Below are positions 1 through 12,918 of a stretch of 64,000 bases of DNA, piece after piece; the first letter of the stretch is position 1; every line of letters begins with the position of its first letter. The notes under the pieces are model-generated. The model made no database searches, was not told the origin of the DNA, and was given only the letters and a program-made list of their open reading frames with translations. A program made the translations under genes and the position numbers. This stretch comes from Ranitomeya imitator (taxonomy: Eukaryota). The stretch is taken from the NCBI RefSeq assembly GCF_032444005.1, contig NC_091283.1:39990001-40054000 (forward strand). The letters are read 5' to 3'.

Positions 1-99
1 CTTCACGTGGTGCCCGTCTGAGTACCGGGTGGCATCTCGGAAAAGCCGATAGGATACGAATCCGTGAGGGTCTAAGCTGTCGATGAGGGGGAATGCGGT
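1..99 (-). CDS. TIMM50: TIMM50 coding exon 8 (gene continues beyond window start)
   Basis: Translates [33 protein letters not shown], matching the TIM50 FCP1/NIF-like domain; CAG acceptor at 100-102. Confidence 0.95.
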
Positions 100-469
100 C
101 TGCAGAACAAAGCACATTTTAGCCGCAGGTTACAGAAAGATATATGTGTAACATTAACGATAGCTGCACATGCTTGACAAGTCAGAAGATGACATTATTG
201 GTGGGTACAAGACCCCAACTGATCAGGGCCCACATTGCTTGGCACCGAGATATAGGAGACGCCTCCTGCATGTGTCCTATAAGGGTAGATGCTGTAAAAT
301 GCAAACTAGAACCACCCTAATAGGGCGTAGGAAAATCAGAGGATTAATTCGGAACCTCCTCTCCGTGACCCAGAGCGAGGAGGCCGCAGGACACATGATG
401 GTTGGATGTAATACTACATTTTCCTGGTAGCAGAAAAAAAAAACCCCAAGAAAGACGGCTTGCACCTAC

Positions 470-574
470 CATGCCAGTTTCGGCTGTAAATATAACAATT
501 TCATAGAGAGGCGCCAGCTGCTGGAACAGGTTGTCGATGCCAGCTCGCTTCTTGAACCTCCATCCTGTTTCTAA
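470..574 (-). CDS. TIMM50: TIMM50 coding exon 7
   Basis: [35 protein letters not shown]; 105 bp with AG/GT boundaries. Confidence 0.95.
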
Positions 575-975
575 CTGAGAGCAGAGAACAAGATCAGAAC
601 GGGGAACGGACGACACTTAACGAGAAAAAATTATACCCTCTTCCAAACCTGGACATGAACGGAGGAGGTCAGGTGCGGGTGTACGTACACAACCAAGCCT
701 ATTCCACAACAACAACAACAAAAAAAACGGACTAAAAAGTTTAAAATGAGGGATAAACAAAACAAACACACACACAACCTTTCATAAGGCTATGTTGATG
801 AAATGTGTGAACACTGACTAAGTCACAAAGGAGTTAAAGCGCCATCCTCGCCGATGGCCGTGTCTGGTATTGGGTCATTCAAGACCAGGCTCGGCTCCGT
901 AAATTAAAAGCAGGCGCTGATTTCTAATGGCGCACAACCCCATCAAGAGCGCGAGGACTGACGGAGCAGACTCAC

Positions 976-1095
976 CGACCACTCTGGGTGCAGCAGGACG
1001 TTCTTCAGCTCCAGGACCAGCGTGTAGGGCGGCTGGTAATACGGCTCTTTCAAGGGATCCGGGAGCAATTTGGGACTTGTGGGCTCTATGATCAT
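976..1095 (-). CDS. TIMM50: TIMM50 coding exon 6
   Basis: [40 protein letters not shown]; 120 bp, cag/gtgag boundaries. Confidence 0.95.
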
Positions 1096-1181
1096 CTGTA
1101 AAACGGAGAGAGAAGCGATATAATTGGGTGAACAGAGACCCCCAGGTGAGGGCGGAAGCGGCACAGCGGGAGCTCGCTCAC

Positions 1182-1240
1182 CTGCCGATAGTCCTTGAAG
1201 TATTTGTATGTCCTTTTAATTTGCTGTAAAAATGGAGGAT
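1182..1240 (-). CDS. TIMM50: TIMM50 coding exon 5
   Basis: (D)[19 protein letters not shown]; 59 bp, phase compatible with neighbouring exons. Confidence 0.92.
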
Positions 1241-1722
1241 CTGCAGGAAGAAACGGGACGGGAGAAAAGGACTAGAAAAACAAGCCTGCTTACATCCAGC
1301 CCTATAATAGTCATTGCACTAACTGCTGGGAAAGCTATGCATACAAGATCATTGTGGGCAATACGGGGCTTCACCACGCGGAGCACCCCTATAATGAACC
1401 TATATCAGACATGGCGCTGTGCCTTTAGTAGCAGCCGTGACTGGATTACCGCTCGGCCCCAAACACATGAACGGTTCTGATTAGCGGGTCCATTACAGTC
1501 TACAGATCGTAACTAGTGATCTCGACATCTGCGGTGCCAATATAGGGCTGGTCACTGTTCCCCTACAGATTGTGCCGACCCCAGATCTGGTCAATGGGTA
1601 GAAATGGATCCATAGACGGCCAATCACTCATAATACCAAAAGCGGTTCCTGCCGACCCCCCCATACAATCAGCACCTGTGTATGGACCAGGGTACAGATA
1701 ACGGAAATATCCGTGTACTCAC

Positions 1723-1744
1723 CGCTGTCAAACTCATCGGGGAT
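1723..1744 (-). CDS. TIMM50: TIMM50 coding exon 4 (22-bp micro-exon)
   Basis: tag|ATCCCCGATGAGTTTGACAGCG|gtgag = IPDEFDS, cf. human IPDEFDN. Confidence 0.9.
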
Positions 1745-3936
1745 CTAAAAAAGAAAAGATGAACATTAGAGAGCGATCACAACACGTCACCATATGACCG
1801 ATATCAGGACCCCTACAAGGCTGCACTATAAGGATTCATACGGGCCTATACAATATTAGTGGGGGTCTCGCTCGATGCAAGAGTCACCGCCACACAGTGA
1901 AGCTTTGTAGATCCATACTTGCATGCAGGGGGTCGGTATTTGCAGGGAAGAGCCCATATGGCCACCACATAGGACCCTCACACTTGGCACAATTCTGCAG
2001 AAGATGTGAGAGCAGGAACAATGGAGAAGTGTGCTGCTAAACACACACTAAACATCAAAGACCCAGGGGCACCGAGGAGGAGTGTGCCCGAGCCCCGGCC
2101 AGAAGTGTGGCAGTCACAGCAAGGTGAGACCCTGCGCATATCAAAGGCCCGGAGAGGAAGCCAGGGCGTCAACAGGAAGCCGCAGATGAAAGGGACCGTA
2201 ATGGCCACAGACAGAGGTACCTGCAATATGTTAGGAGACCAAACCGCCTGGGGGGACAGTACAGACCCCTCGTTGTCTCCATGTCATGTACTATCCTAAT
2301 ACTACGAGCGGCATCACGGCTTCTGCGGGAGTTGTCACCCACGTTCGGTCACGATATGAAGCAATTTAGCAGGAAATTTGTGTACGATGACCTTTATGAG
2401 TGAAAAGGAGACGGCGAGAGCAACAGGGTCTCATCCACCGGCAGCAGCGCGGGCCACCTCCCTCGTCCTCTTATCCATTACCCTCTAGGTTATGTCACCC
2501 CAGATCTACGCAGACTCTGAAGACACGTCCTGTAGGGAAATCATGGCCGCCCGTCCCGTCCTCCCCTCCACGGCAGTCAAAATAACAGGTTTTATAGTAG
2601 AGACGCTTCTTTGTTTTCTTTTGGCAGCGATTTGATTGGACAGTGCCCGGTTTGGAGAGTTTTTCCCTTATGTATTTTTAATTTTCCTTTTTTATAACCA
2701 TCAAGATTTTTACCAAAAAAGTAGAAGAAAAATGCTCAAAACTCTGAACAATATGAGATGATTAGAGGGGTCGTCCAGGCAGGAACGCTATTCTCCGGTA
2801 TTGCTGGTGCGAGCGAGCAGCCCCATGAATACATGTATGTGATTTGGTCATGTGGTCACTTCTATCAAGAGAAGTCGGGTGAGACCGGTCAGCACGTGAC
2901 CGCAAGTCTGCAAATCACATACATGGAGTCATTTTACCGCTCACTCCAGCAATATCAGGTGTTTGGATTTTTTTTTAGATGAATTCAGGACCGAAAAAGC
3001 GCCCCATAAAATGATCATCCTGCGCAGGGATGTCAGCGCGATATTGCGCACGTCCTGACGCCGCGTGCATGTAGACAAAGAGGAGTTTTTAGCGATTTTT
3101 CAGGCGTTGTTTGGAGTGGTCCCGCATCACACGGCAGAATCCGAATCCTCGGCGTGCGCACATCCACATATCCCAGAACAGTGCAGCCCCCTGAGCGTGG
3201 GAACGGTGCTCCGAGCTTCCTCTTCACATTCCCCTCCTAATAACAGTATAAAATGGCTGTATACCTTCTGTCCGACATCCTCCCCGGCATCAAAGAGGAG
3301 CAGGAGGAGGAAGCGGAGGCACAAGGTCCAGCATCAGAGGAGGACACACTTGTCACCTGACTGAGAAGTGGGCTCCATTATAGATCGTGTGTGATATTCC
3401 CACAGACGGGACGGCCTGGGAACAGATCCCACACAGGAGGAGAAAAAAAACAGGTCTATGTCACTTTTATAAAGGGTTCCTACACCTAAAGCCTGTAATC
3501 TACTGCTCTCTGTTATCAACCGCATATAAACCCGCAAGGACGAGTCGATTGAGATTGTGGAAAGCACACGCCAACAAAGTTCTCGTTTCGTCGATGCTTT
3601 ACAGACACCACAGAATTTGGGGTTGTGCCGCCGCTTCATTTGTTCTCCATGAGACCCCTGATGCCTGACATTGGCTGTAGGAATTAATGAAGTAGGGGCA
3701 CACAAGTAGCCCCCCTGCTTCTTTCCGATAGAGCATTTCAGACCCTTATTCTCAAAAACGGACCCCCCCAACATAACACTTTGGTATTTCAGGGATGTGT
3801 TACACCAAGCCTTGTGCCAGTTTTGGTTGGCACCATGGAAGTTACAGATAAGAGTCAACTGTTGGGACATCATAAGCTAGAAGCTCCCCCCATACGCCAT
3901 ATTATTAGGTGGCAGCAGGACCACTTAGGCGGCCCT

Positions 3937-4035
3937 CCAGGACACGCAGCCCCCCCCCAGGACACGCAGCCCACCCCCAGGACACGCAGCCGCCCCCCAG
4001 GACACGCAGCCGCCCCCCCAGGACACGCAGCCCAG
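3937..4035. repeat. Minisatellite, ~20-bp unit CAGGACACGCAGCCnCCCC, about 5 copies
   Basis: Direct tandem repeat visible in TIMM50 intron 3. Confidence 0.85.
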
Positions 4036-4939
4036 CGCCTTATGTCCGGCTCCTTCACTTTTATGACATATCAATTAGTCGCGTTCTTACACTGATCTAT
4101 GGGAGAGCAGCAGCTGGGACCCCCGGCCAATATGTCGTTGGTTTATGGACGGCACAAGCTGCCCAATAAAACCTGCCTCCATGGTAGAAGTCGCCGTACA
4201 CAGATTACTATTCTTACACTCCACTTTCTCTGGGGTTTTTCCACCACTTATTTGCGGTCATGTGGACTCCATCGATATAGGGGGTTTAACCCCTTACCGA
4301 CATCCACCATATATGTACGGCACAAGTCGGTAGTGGGCTCGCAGGGCGATCGTTCTATGCGCCTGTGACCTGATTGCGGGTCACTGATGGACTGCCCTAA
4401 CAGCCAGGGTCTGTTGAAGACCCCCCCGTGCTTGTCATTATGGATTACGGAGCTCCCTTGAAACGCAGCCTGTGCCCGAGCGATACAGCGGCATTGTTAT
4501 ATAGGGCACAAGCGATCAGATGATCACTAATAAAGTGAAAAATAAGTTTAAAAATATGAAAAAAAAGTTAATATTGCTCCATTTTCCCCATTAAAAATAA
4601 AGATGCTAAAAAACTAATTGGCAAATTCAAAAAGTACGATCAAAATATAAAAATTAATCAACACCGTAAAGACAAAAAAATGTATATATTTTTGGGGGTC
4701 TCTGCAATACCACGAATAATGCTTGTCACATCATGCTGGAAATTTCTGCATAAGTTTTGTTTTTCACATTGACCCTCGCAGAGAATGGCGGAAGGTTCTG
4801 ACTTCTGTTCTTACAGGTCTGACACCCTGGAGGTAACAACCTCAGATGTGCCCATAGTGTGTACTGCCCCCTAGTGCCACGTAGTCAGTAATGACAATTC
4901 TTCATACAGGTCTCTGCCAAAAGTGACACGATTCTAAAA

Positions 4940-5850
4940 ACTGCACAAAACCACATTCAATAAGTGTATTAACCCTTCAGGTGCTTCACGAGAACTAAAG
5001 CAATGTGGAAGGAAAAACATTAACATTTAACTTTTTTTTCACAAAAAATGTACTACTTCACAACCAAACTTTTTCAAATGGACCACAAATTTGTTGTTGT
5101 GCAATTTATCCTGAGTACGCCGATACCCAGTATGTGGGGGCAAATCACTGTTTGGGCGCATGGCAAAGCTCAGAAGGGATGAAGCAACGCTTGACTTTTT
5201 GAACACAAAATTGGCTGGAATCGGGCGCTATGTCGCATTTGAAAACCTCCTGATGTACCTAAACAGTGGAAACCCTGCAACACAGCCCTAACCCCAACCA
5301 CAGCTCTAGCCCCTAACCCTAGCTTCAATCCGAACTGCAAAGAATGGGAAAAAAAATACAATTTTTTTTTAATTTTATTATTTTTAGCTAACTAAGGGGG
5401 TGATAAAAGGGGGGTTTGATTTACTATTTTTTTTATTTTGATTACTGTGATTGGGTCTATCACTGTGATCAAAATGAACGAATAGGAAGAATCTATTGTT
5501 CCCAGGTATTGGCCAGCAGATCTCAGCAGGCACACTGCGCATGTGCCCACCGTTTTCTTCCAAGAAGATGATGCAGAGGGCCGGGGGACAGAGCAGGAGG
5601 GTCCAGGGATGGAGGAGGTACCGAAAGAGGCTCGGGGACCCCATTTCTCTCTCCTCTGATATGAATGGAAAATCTGACTTTTTTTTGGAAATGGCGTTAT
5701 TCGGTGAATAACAGCGATCATGTGACTGGGGAAGAGACCCCAGAGATTTTCCAACAATGGTGGGCGCTATACACTTATTTCTTAGTGTCATCAAAAAGCG
5801 TCGCTGAGGAATAAGCACCCTTAACTGCCGGCGGTCGTTAGGGACAAATC
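4940..5850 (-). mobile_element. Degraded inverted relic of the same non-autonomous family as 11388-19919
   Basis: 5120-5190 is the reverse complement of the ~390-bp unit at 13780-13850; short CCCTAA-like tract at 5286-5322. Confidence 0.55.
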
Positions 5851-6190
5851 TAATTTTCGTTTTTTTTTTCTTTTCCTCCCCTTCTAAGAGCCGTAACCTC
5901 TATGTATTTATTTTTTTTAATATTCGGAGCAGACGAGTGTCGCCCGATTTTTACGCACATGTCTCCTAGAGAAGCCAACATTTCATCAGCCAAATACAAT
6001 AAATTCATGGCGTGACCCATCAGAATAGAATAGATATGTACATAGAATAGATAACTAGAAAGAGGTCAGTGACATATATAATTAGTATAGTCCGTGTGTA
6101 TTTTAATGTAAAATGTATTTAGCTAATAATTCAATAACTTAAAGAAAAAAAAAAAAAAAAAAATCAAGGACATGGGGGGGGGGGCACCCC

Positions 6191-7242
6191 TATAATTAAT
6201 AACCAGCAAAGGCTAGGCAGACAGCTGTCGGCTGATATTAAGGAAGGGGCTATGAACTTTCTCATGCTAGCAGTGATGTCAGTGAGGTGAACGGAGTACT
6301 TCGCCTATAATTCATATCACCCCGAGCCACTAATGCTGCGCAGCTCAGTGTCTTTGCTGGATGCCAGGCTGAAAGCTCGCATCATGCCAACGTTCAGCAG
6401 GACATCTAGATGTTGCAGAGCTAGACTTGTCGCGGGACACAATAGATTATCTTCTCGTTGGACCCGTGAGGAAAATTGTGTTTTATTTTTTTTTTTTTTT
6501 GTCTTTTTACAGGTGACATGGGCTTCAGTTTATTAGATGTAAAGGGGGGTATAACTTTTTTTTTTTATTATTTCAAATAAAAGGTGTCAGTTAGTGATGA
6601 GCGAGTATATTCGTGGCTCGAGATTTCCCGAGCACGCTCAGGGGGGTCTCCCGAGTATTTGTAAGTGTTCGGAGATTTAGTTTTTGTTGACGCCGCTGCA
6701 TGATTTACAGCTGCTAGCCAGCATAAGTACATGTGGGGGTTGTCTGGTTGCTAGGGAATCCCCACATGTAATCAAACTGGCTAATATCTGTAAATCATTC
6801 AGCTGCGGCGATGAAAACGAAATCTCCGAGCACTAAAAAATACTCGGGAGGACACCCGAGCGTGCTCGGGAAATCTCGAGTACCGAGTATATTCGCTCAT
6901 CACTAGTGTCAGTGTTTTTATTTCAATTAAAGGACTATATTGTGGGCGCTTGTTATTTACAATATGACTATGGGGTTAGTAATGGGGGCATCTTATAGAT
7001 GCCTCTCCAATACTAACACCTAGGTTTTATGTCAGCTGCCAACACAAAGCTGACATCAACCCCAATATTATTACCCCACTTGCCACCGCACCAGGGCAAG
7101 TGGGAAGAATGAGGCTATATGCCAGAATTGGCGCATCTTATGGGGTGGCAGAGAGCAGATGTTTTTAGTCTGGGAGGGGGAAAATAGCCTATTAATATCA
7201 GACAACAGCTGTCTGCCTAGCCTTCGCTGGTTATTAATTATA
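6191..7242. repeat. Pair of ~50-bp inverted repeats (6191-6241 and 7192-7242) of a dispersed element
   Basis: tataattaataaccagcaaaggctaggcagacagctg and its reverse complement; the same motif forms a hairpin at ~23300-23420. Confidence 0.6.
6594..6903. mobile_element. Fold-back MITE with ~130-bp imperfect inverted arms
   Basis: GTGATGAGCGAGTAT...ATATTCGCTCATCAC flanked by TA on both sides. Confidence 0.85.
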
Positions 7243-7496
7243 GGGGGGTGTTTCAAACAGTCAGACTGCCACTGATCTAAGAGTCATCAGCTGTGCTGTG
7301 GAGAGGTGATAACTTTTGTCTCACAGTTGGATGAAGTTATACTGGTCTTGTCAACAGCTGCTGGGTGGAAACCATCACAAGGAGGTGGGCACAGGAAAAA
7401 TCTACATTATGTTCCAACTTTATATTCTCAGAGGGAACTATCCCTTTAAATCCACAGTGCAGGTGTGTTTATGTATATTATATATAAACTTCTTAC

Positions 7497-7528
7497 CTTA
7501 TTTCCCTCCGGGTCTACCGCGCTGCTAC
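7497..7528 (-). CDS. TIMM50: TIMM50 coding exon 3 (32 bp)
   Basis: cag|...|gtaag; GSSAVDPEGNK, cf. human GNNPVDENGAK. Confidence 0.88.
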
Positions 7529-7610
7529 CTGCGTCCAGAACACAGATCATGTCAGAAGGACAAGAAAGGCAAAGTAACCCCCCAACCAGTGCACAACACA
7601 GGGTCCTCAC

Positions 7611-7755
7611 CAAATGTATACACCATAAAGCCGCTCCCCAACACGCCCATGACGCCGGCCGCCCGGAGGACAAATTTTTTAGCCCTGGCTTTGTTTTCCT
7701 TCTGTTTCTTCTGCTGTTCCTCCGTTTCAGGATTACTCTGGGGGTCTTCAGTGGC
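7611..7755 (-). CDS. TIMM50: TIMM50 coding exon 2 (includes transmembrane segment)
   Basis: ATEDPQSNPETEEQQKKQKENKARAKKFVLRAAGVMGVLGSGFMVYTF(G); 145 bp, cag/gtgag. Confidence 0.88.
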
Positions 7756-8055
7756 CTGTGGGTGGGAAAAATAAAGAAGTAATTAGTCCACAAGAGAAAC
7801 GTTATGAGAGGGTGAACGTATTGGGGGAGCATGGGACACAAAAGGCGGCATCAGTATGTGGATATGAGGGGGAGAAGCAGAAAGTGACGGCCACCACAGC
7901 ATCTGGGAGGAGGTGCAGATACTCAAACACAGACAGTGATGGCCGAAGGGCTGGAAAGAAAATGTAATAAGCAGCTGATTTGTGTCGGCTATAGGTTGAA
8001 GCGCGCAGAATATATCTTCCCAATAGACACAGGTCAGGTGCATGTCTCCTGTTGT

Positions 8056-8925
8056 GCACGCAGGACCCCAACCGGCACCCCGAGCTCCACACAGTGCACG
8101 CGCTCACCCGGCGCCCGAGCTCCTCACGATGCTCGCGCCCACCCGGCGACCCCGAGCGCCTCACGATGTGCGCGCCCACCCGGCGCCCCAAGCTCCTCAT
8201 GATGCGCGCGCCCACCCAGTGACCCCGAGCTCATCAAGATGTGCATGCCCACCCGGCGCCCCAAGCTCTTCACGATGTGCGCTCCCACCGGCGACCCCGA
8301 GCTCCTCACGATGCGAGCGCCCACCCGGCACCCCGAGCTCCTCACGCCCACCGGCGCCCCAAGCTCCTCATGATGCGCGCTCCCACCCGGCAACCCCGAG
8401 CTCCTCACGATGCGCGCGCCCACCCGGCGCCCCAAGCTCCTCATGATGCGCGTGCCCACCCGGCGACCCCGAGCTCATCAAGATGTGCAAGCCCACCCGG
8501 CGCCCCAAGCTCTTCACGATGTGCGCTCCCACCGGCGACCCCGAGCTCCTCACGATGCAAGCGCCCACCCGGCACCCCGAGCTCCTCATGATGCGCGCGC
8601 CCACCCGGCGACCCCGAGCTTCTCACGGTGTGCATGCCCACCCGGCGCCCCAAGCTCCTCACAATGCACGTGCCCACCCGGCGCCCCAAGCTCCTCACGA
8701 TGCGCGTGTCCACCAGGCGCCCCAAGCTCCTCACGATGCGCGTGCCCACCAGGCGCCCCAAGCTCCTCACAATGTGCATGCTCACCCGGCGCCCCAAGCT
8801 CCTCACGATGCGCGTGCCCACCAGGCGCTCCAAGCTCCTCACAATGCGTGTGCCCACCCGGCGCCCCAAGCTCCTCACGGTGCACGCGCCCACCCGGCCC
8901 CCCCCCCCCCCCCAAGCTCCACACG
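8056..8925. repeat. GC-rich minisatellite, ~34-35-bp unit (CCCACCCGGCGCCCCAAGCTCCTCACGATGCGCG), about 25 copies
   Basis: Tandem repeat in TIMM50 intron 1; source of many spurious ORFs. Confidence 0.92.
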
Positions 8926-9699
8926 AGAAGCTCTGAGAAATGACTCGGACCACCACAGACCTTCTGGCTCGGTGCAATGTTTCATGTTCACAACGGATAA
9001 TCAAGTGAAGAGCCACAGAGGCCGGGGAGGTAGGATTGTGACAGGGAATGTAGATTGTGAGCCCCATCGGGGACAGCGATGATAATGTGTGCTGCGAATA
9101 GGTTAGTGCTATATAAAAATCAAGATTGTTATTTTCCGAGACCGCCTGCAGCGGCTTGTTTTCTGTGATCACTATTTATGTTTTTTTTTTTTCTATGGAA
9201 TTGAGGTGACAAACACTCGTGAATTCTGGAGTTTGGCTTTTCTCTTTGCGGCGCTTACTGATCGGGTTAATTAATTTGATATTTAACAGCTCAGACTTTT
9301 ACGGGCGCGGCGATACTGAACAAAAAGATTTGTTTGTTTTTTACTATTTATAAACCAGCAAAACAGGGGACAACTTTAAATATTTTTTCCTCTGTTTTTT
9401 TTAAACCTGAGATCAGTAAGACCGCGGCCGCAGTGATGGGGGCTTCATCAGACCCCCTGGCTGCTGTGACATTGGCTCCTCGTGGTCGCGTCCTGGGGGT
9501 CCATGGGGGCGACACACCCCGCTCCATTGTCAGGAATGGTGCACAATATCCCAGGGAGAAAAGCAGCTGCCAGAAGGGGGAGTGCCGCTTATCCAGAGCG
9601 GGGGGCACATGACTATGGGGGGCCCAGCAGATAGAAGGGGCGTGTGCACACAGGGGAGGTCAGACAGGTGACAGGTCAGTGACAGGTGACAGCCCTCAC

Positions 9700-9852
9700 C
9701 TCCTTCTGCTGGCTCCGCAGCTTGTCCTGCAGCACAGCCCCGGTCAGACTCTCCCCCGGGCCGGTACTCAGCTGCCGGCATCTCAGCACGGCCCGGCTTG
9801 ACAAGAGTAACCGCACCGACCTCCCGCACGCAGGCACCAGCGAGGCCGCCAT
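9700..9852 (-). CDS. TIMM50: TIMM50 coding exon 1 (mitochondrial presequence)
   Basis: aagATGG start; MAASLVPACGRSVRLLLSSRAVLRCRQLSTGPGESLTGAVLQDKLRSQQKE is Arg/Ser/Leu-rich and followed by gtgag; frame joins exon 2. Confidence 0.88.
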
Positions 9853-9877
9853 CTTTCCTGGCACTGCGCACTGCCAG

Positions 9878-9965
9878 CCAATCCAAAGGAAGCCGGGGAC
9901 ATCCGGAACCAATCAGGACTTCGGAGAGCCAACGGCCAATAAAACGCCGAAAGAGAGCAGCCAAT
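9878..9965. promoter_or_regulatory. TIMM50 promoter: four CCAAT boxes in a GC-rich region
   Basis: CCAAT at 9878, 9909, 9936 and 9961, spaced 25-31 bp, immediately upstream of the start codon. Confidence 0.65.
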
Positions 9966-11578
9966 AGGAAAAGGGGGTGTTTGTTAATTATTTGTCAGGG
10001 TTCGGCGACCATGTTGTGTGTGGCAGAGGGCTGATACTACACGTGGGGGGAGGTGGCGCAGGTTACAGTATGATGGACGCTAATGTATGAGGGGGCACGG
10101 GCCAAACTGAGGAAAACTGCCAAAATAATATCGCTCCCAAGCCCTTCATAGATACAGCCACACTGTGTACAGAAATATCAGTGTATAGTGCTCTAATAAA
10201 ACCGTGTATATTGCCAAATAGTGCTGCCATACAGTGTCACATTATATATGTACAGGCGCTTCTCACTAAATTAGAATATCATCAAAAAGTTTATTTCGTT
10301 CAGTTCTTCAATACAAAAAGTGAAACTCGTATAGAGTCATTACACACAGTGATCTATTTCACATGTTTATTTCTGCTAATGATTATGGCTTACAGCTAAT
10401 GAAAACCCAAAAGTCATTATCTCAGTAAATTAGAATACTTTATAACATCAGCTTGAAAAATTATTTTAAAATCCGAAATGTTGTCCTACTGAAATGTATG
10501 TTCAGTAAATGCAGTCAGTACTTGGTCGGGGCTCCTTTTGCATCAATTACTGCATCAATGCGGCGTGGCCTGGAGGCGATCAGCCTGTGGCGCTGCTGAG
10601 GGGTTATGGAAGCCCAGGTTGCTTTGATAGCAGCCTTCAGCTCGTCTACATTGTTGGGTCTGGTGTCTCTCATCTTCCTCTTGACGATACTCCATAGATT
10701 CTCTATGGGGTTAAGGTGAGGTGAGTTTTCTGCTCATCAAGCACAGTGATACTGTTGTTTCTTAACCAGGTATTGGTACTTTTGGCAGTGTGGACAGGGG
10801 CCAAGTCCTGCTGGAGAATGACATTTCCATCTCCAAGAAGCTTGTGGGCAGAGGGAAGCATGAAGTGCTCTACAATGTCCTGTAGACAGCTGCGCTGACT
10901 TTGGTCTTGATAAAACACAGTGTACCTACACCAGCAGATGACATGGCTCCCAAACCATCACTGATTGTGGAAACTTCACGCTAGGCCTCAAGCAGCTTGC
11001 ATTGTGTGCCTCTCCACTCTTCCTCCAGACTCTGGGACCTTGATTTCCAAATTAAATGCAAAATTTTCTTTCATCTGAAAACAACACCTTGGACCACTGA
11101 CAACAGTCCGGTTCTTTTTCTCCTTGGCCCAGGTAATACACTTCTGGCGTTGTCTATTGGTCATGAGTGGCTGACACAAGGAATGTGACACTTGTAGTCC
11201 ATGTCCTGGACACGTCTGTGTGTGGTGGATCTTGAAGCAATGACCCCAGCAGCAGTCCACTCCTTGTGAATCTCACCCATGTTTTTGAATGGCCTTTTCT
11301 TAACAATCCTTCCAAGGCTGCAGTTATCCCGGCTGCTTGTGCACCTTTTTCTTCCACACTTTTTCCTTCAACTCAATTGTCCATTAACCCCTTAGCGACC
11401 GCCGATACGCCTTTTAACAGCGGCCGCTAAGGGTACTTAAACCACAGCGTCGTTAATTAACGGCGCTGTGGAAAAAGTAAATAGCGCCCCCCAGAGTCGG
11501 ATTTTCTCTGGGGTCTCGGCTGCCGGGGGTAGCCGAGACCCCAGAGAACATGATTCGGGAGTTTTTTTACCGACCCCG

Positions 11579-12340
11579 TGTAGTGAGCTGGCCGGCTGTG
11601 ACTGTTCTATTATCATTGACATAGAATCTGTGACAGACACTGCCCCCGTGTGGCCAGAAGTTATACCTCTGCCGAATGTGATTACAGAGAAACAAACTGT
11701 ATTGGCAAAACTTCCCCCTGTGATGTCATGTGAACAGGAAGGGGAGGAAAAGAGGGAGCCCGGGAAACTGGTGTGTGCAGAGAGAGGTCTGTGTGTGCTG
11801 GCGTCCTCCTGTAGAGGCGATATAGAAGATTGCCTGGATGACCGCTATCTCTTGGAAGCTGACATCCAGATTGTTCCCAGCTCCCACACTGCGGAGCACC
11901 CAACGGTGACATCTTCACAGATCCTGGAGCCCATGAACTGTAAGCGGGTCCTCTGTTGAGAGGCCGAACATTCCACCCTTACCTGTTGAACCCCAAGCGC
12001 TACAGCCTGGACCTGAGGGACGCAGTCTTGTTCAATCCCTGTTGTTTTTCTCTTCGGCTGGAGTGTCCCCCTGCAGTGACAGACAGGCCTGCGACGTGGG
12101 AAGATAACCTCTTGGAACAAAGGAACTGGTAACGTGTGGATAGGGAAAGTGAGGGACAGTTTGTTATTACACGTTATCTCTGTGAATAGGCATATTTTGT
12201 ATTGTCTATTATTGTGTTCCACCGTGTTAAGGAAAATGTATAACAGTAAAGATACGATTGTTAAAATGGAATCTGAGTGTGGAAGTTTTGCTGGGCCAGA
12301 TCATAGATATACATGGGCGACCTTGCCCTCGGTCACTTCA
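11579..12340. mobile_element. Putative solo LTR
   Basis: TGTAGTGAGC...GGTCACTTCA ends (8/10 inverted match) interrupting a motif seen intact at 12650-12680; target duplication imperfect. Confidence 0.4.
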
Positions 12341-12918
12341 CCCACATTTGCGATCGCCGGTAATTAACCATTTACCGGCGATCGCAAAAAAAAAAAAAAA
12401 AACGCGATCTCTTTTTAATTTCTCTGTCCTCCGATGTGATCGCACATCAGAGGACAGAGAAAAGGGGTCCCAGATATCCCCCCGATACTCACCTATCTCC
12501 CCCGGTGCTCCTCGTGGCTCCCGGTGGGCGCCGCCATCTTCAAAATGGCGGGCGCATGCGCAGTGCGCCCGCCGGCCGGCACCGGGAGAATCTTTGGGGT
12601 CTCGGCTGCCGGGGGTAGCCGAGACCCCAAAGAACATGATCGGGGTCGGTTTTACCGACCCCTGTTTTGCGATCGCCGGTAATTAACTGTTTACCGGCGA
12701 CCGCAAAAAAAAATAAAAAATCAAAGTGTAATTCTCTGTCCTCTGATGTGATCGCACATCAGAGGACAGAGAAATAGGGGGATTCAGGGACCCTATTATA
12801 CTTACCGGTGTCCCTGGATCCTCCTGCTGCTCCTCCTGGCTGCCGGGGAAAAGAAAATGGCGGGCGTATGCGTAGTGCGCCCGCCATCTATCGCCATCTG
12901 CCGGCCGACAGGAGAAGA

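Noticed and set aside
8042-9172. Many long ORFs (up to 243 aa) on both strands
   Set aside because: Products of a GC-rich stop-poor minisatellite in TIMM50 intron 1
10703-11357. Active Tc1 transposase
   Set aside because: Multiple frameshifts and an 8.5-kb insertion
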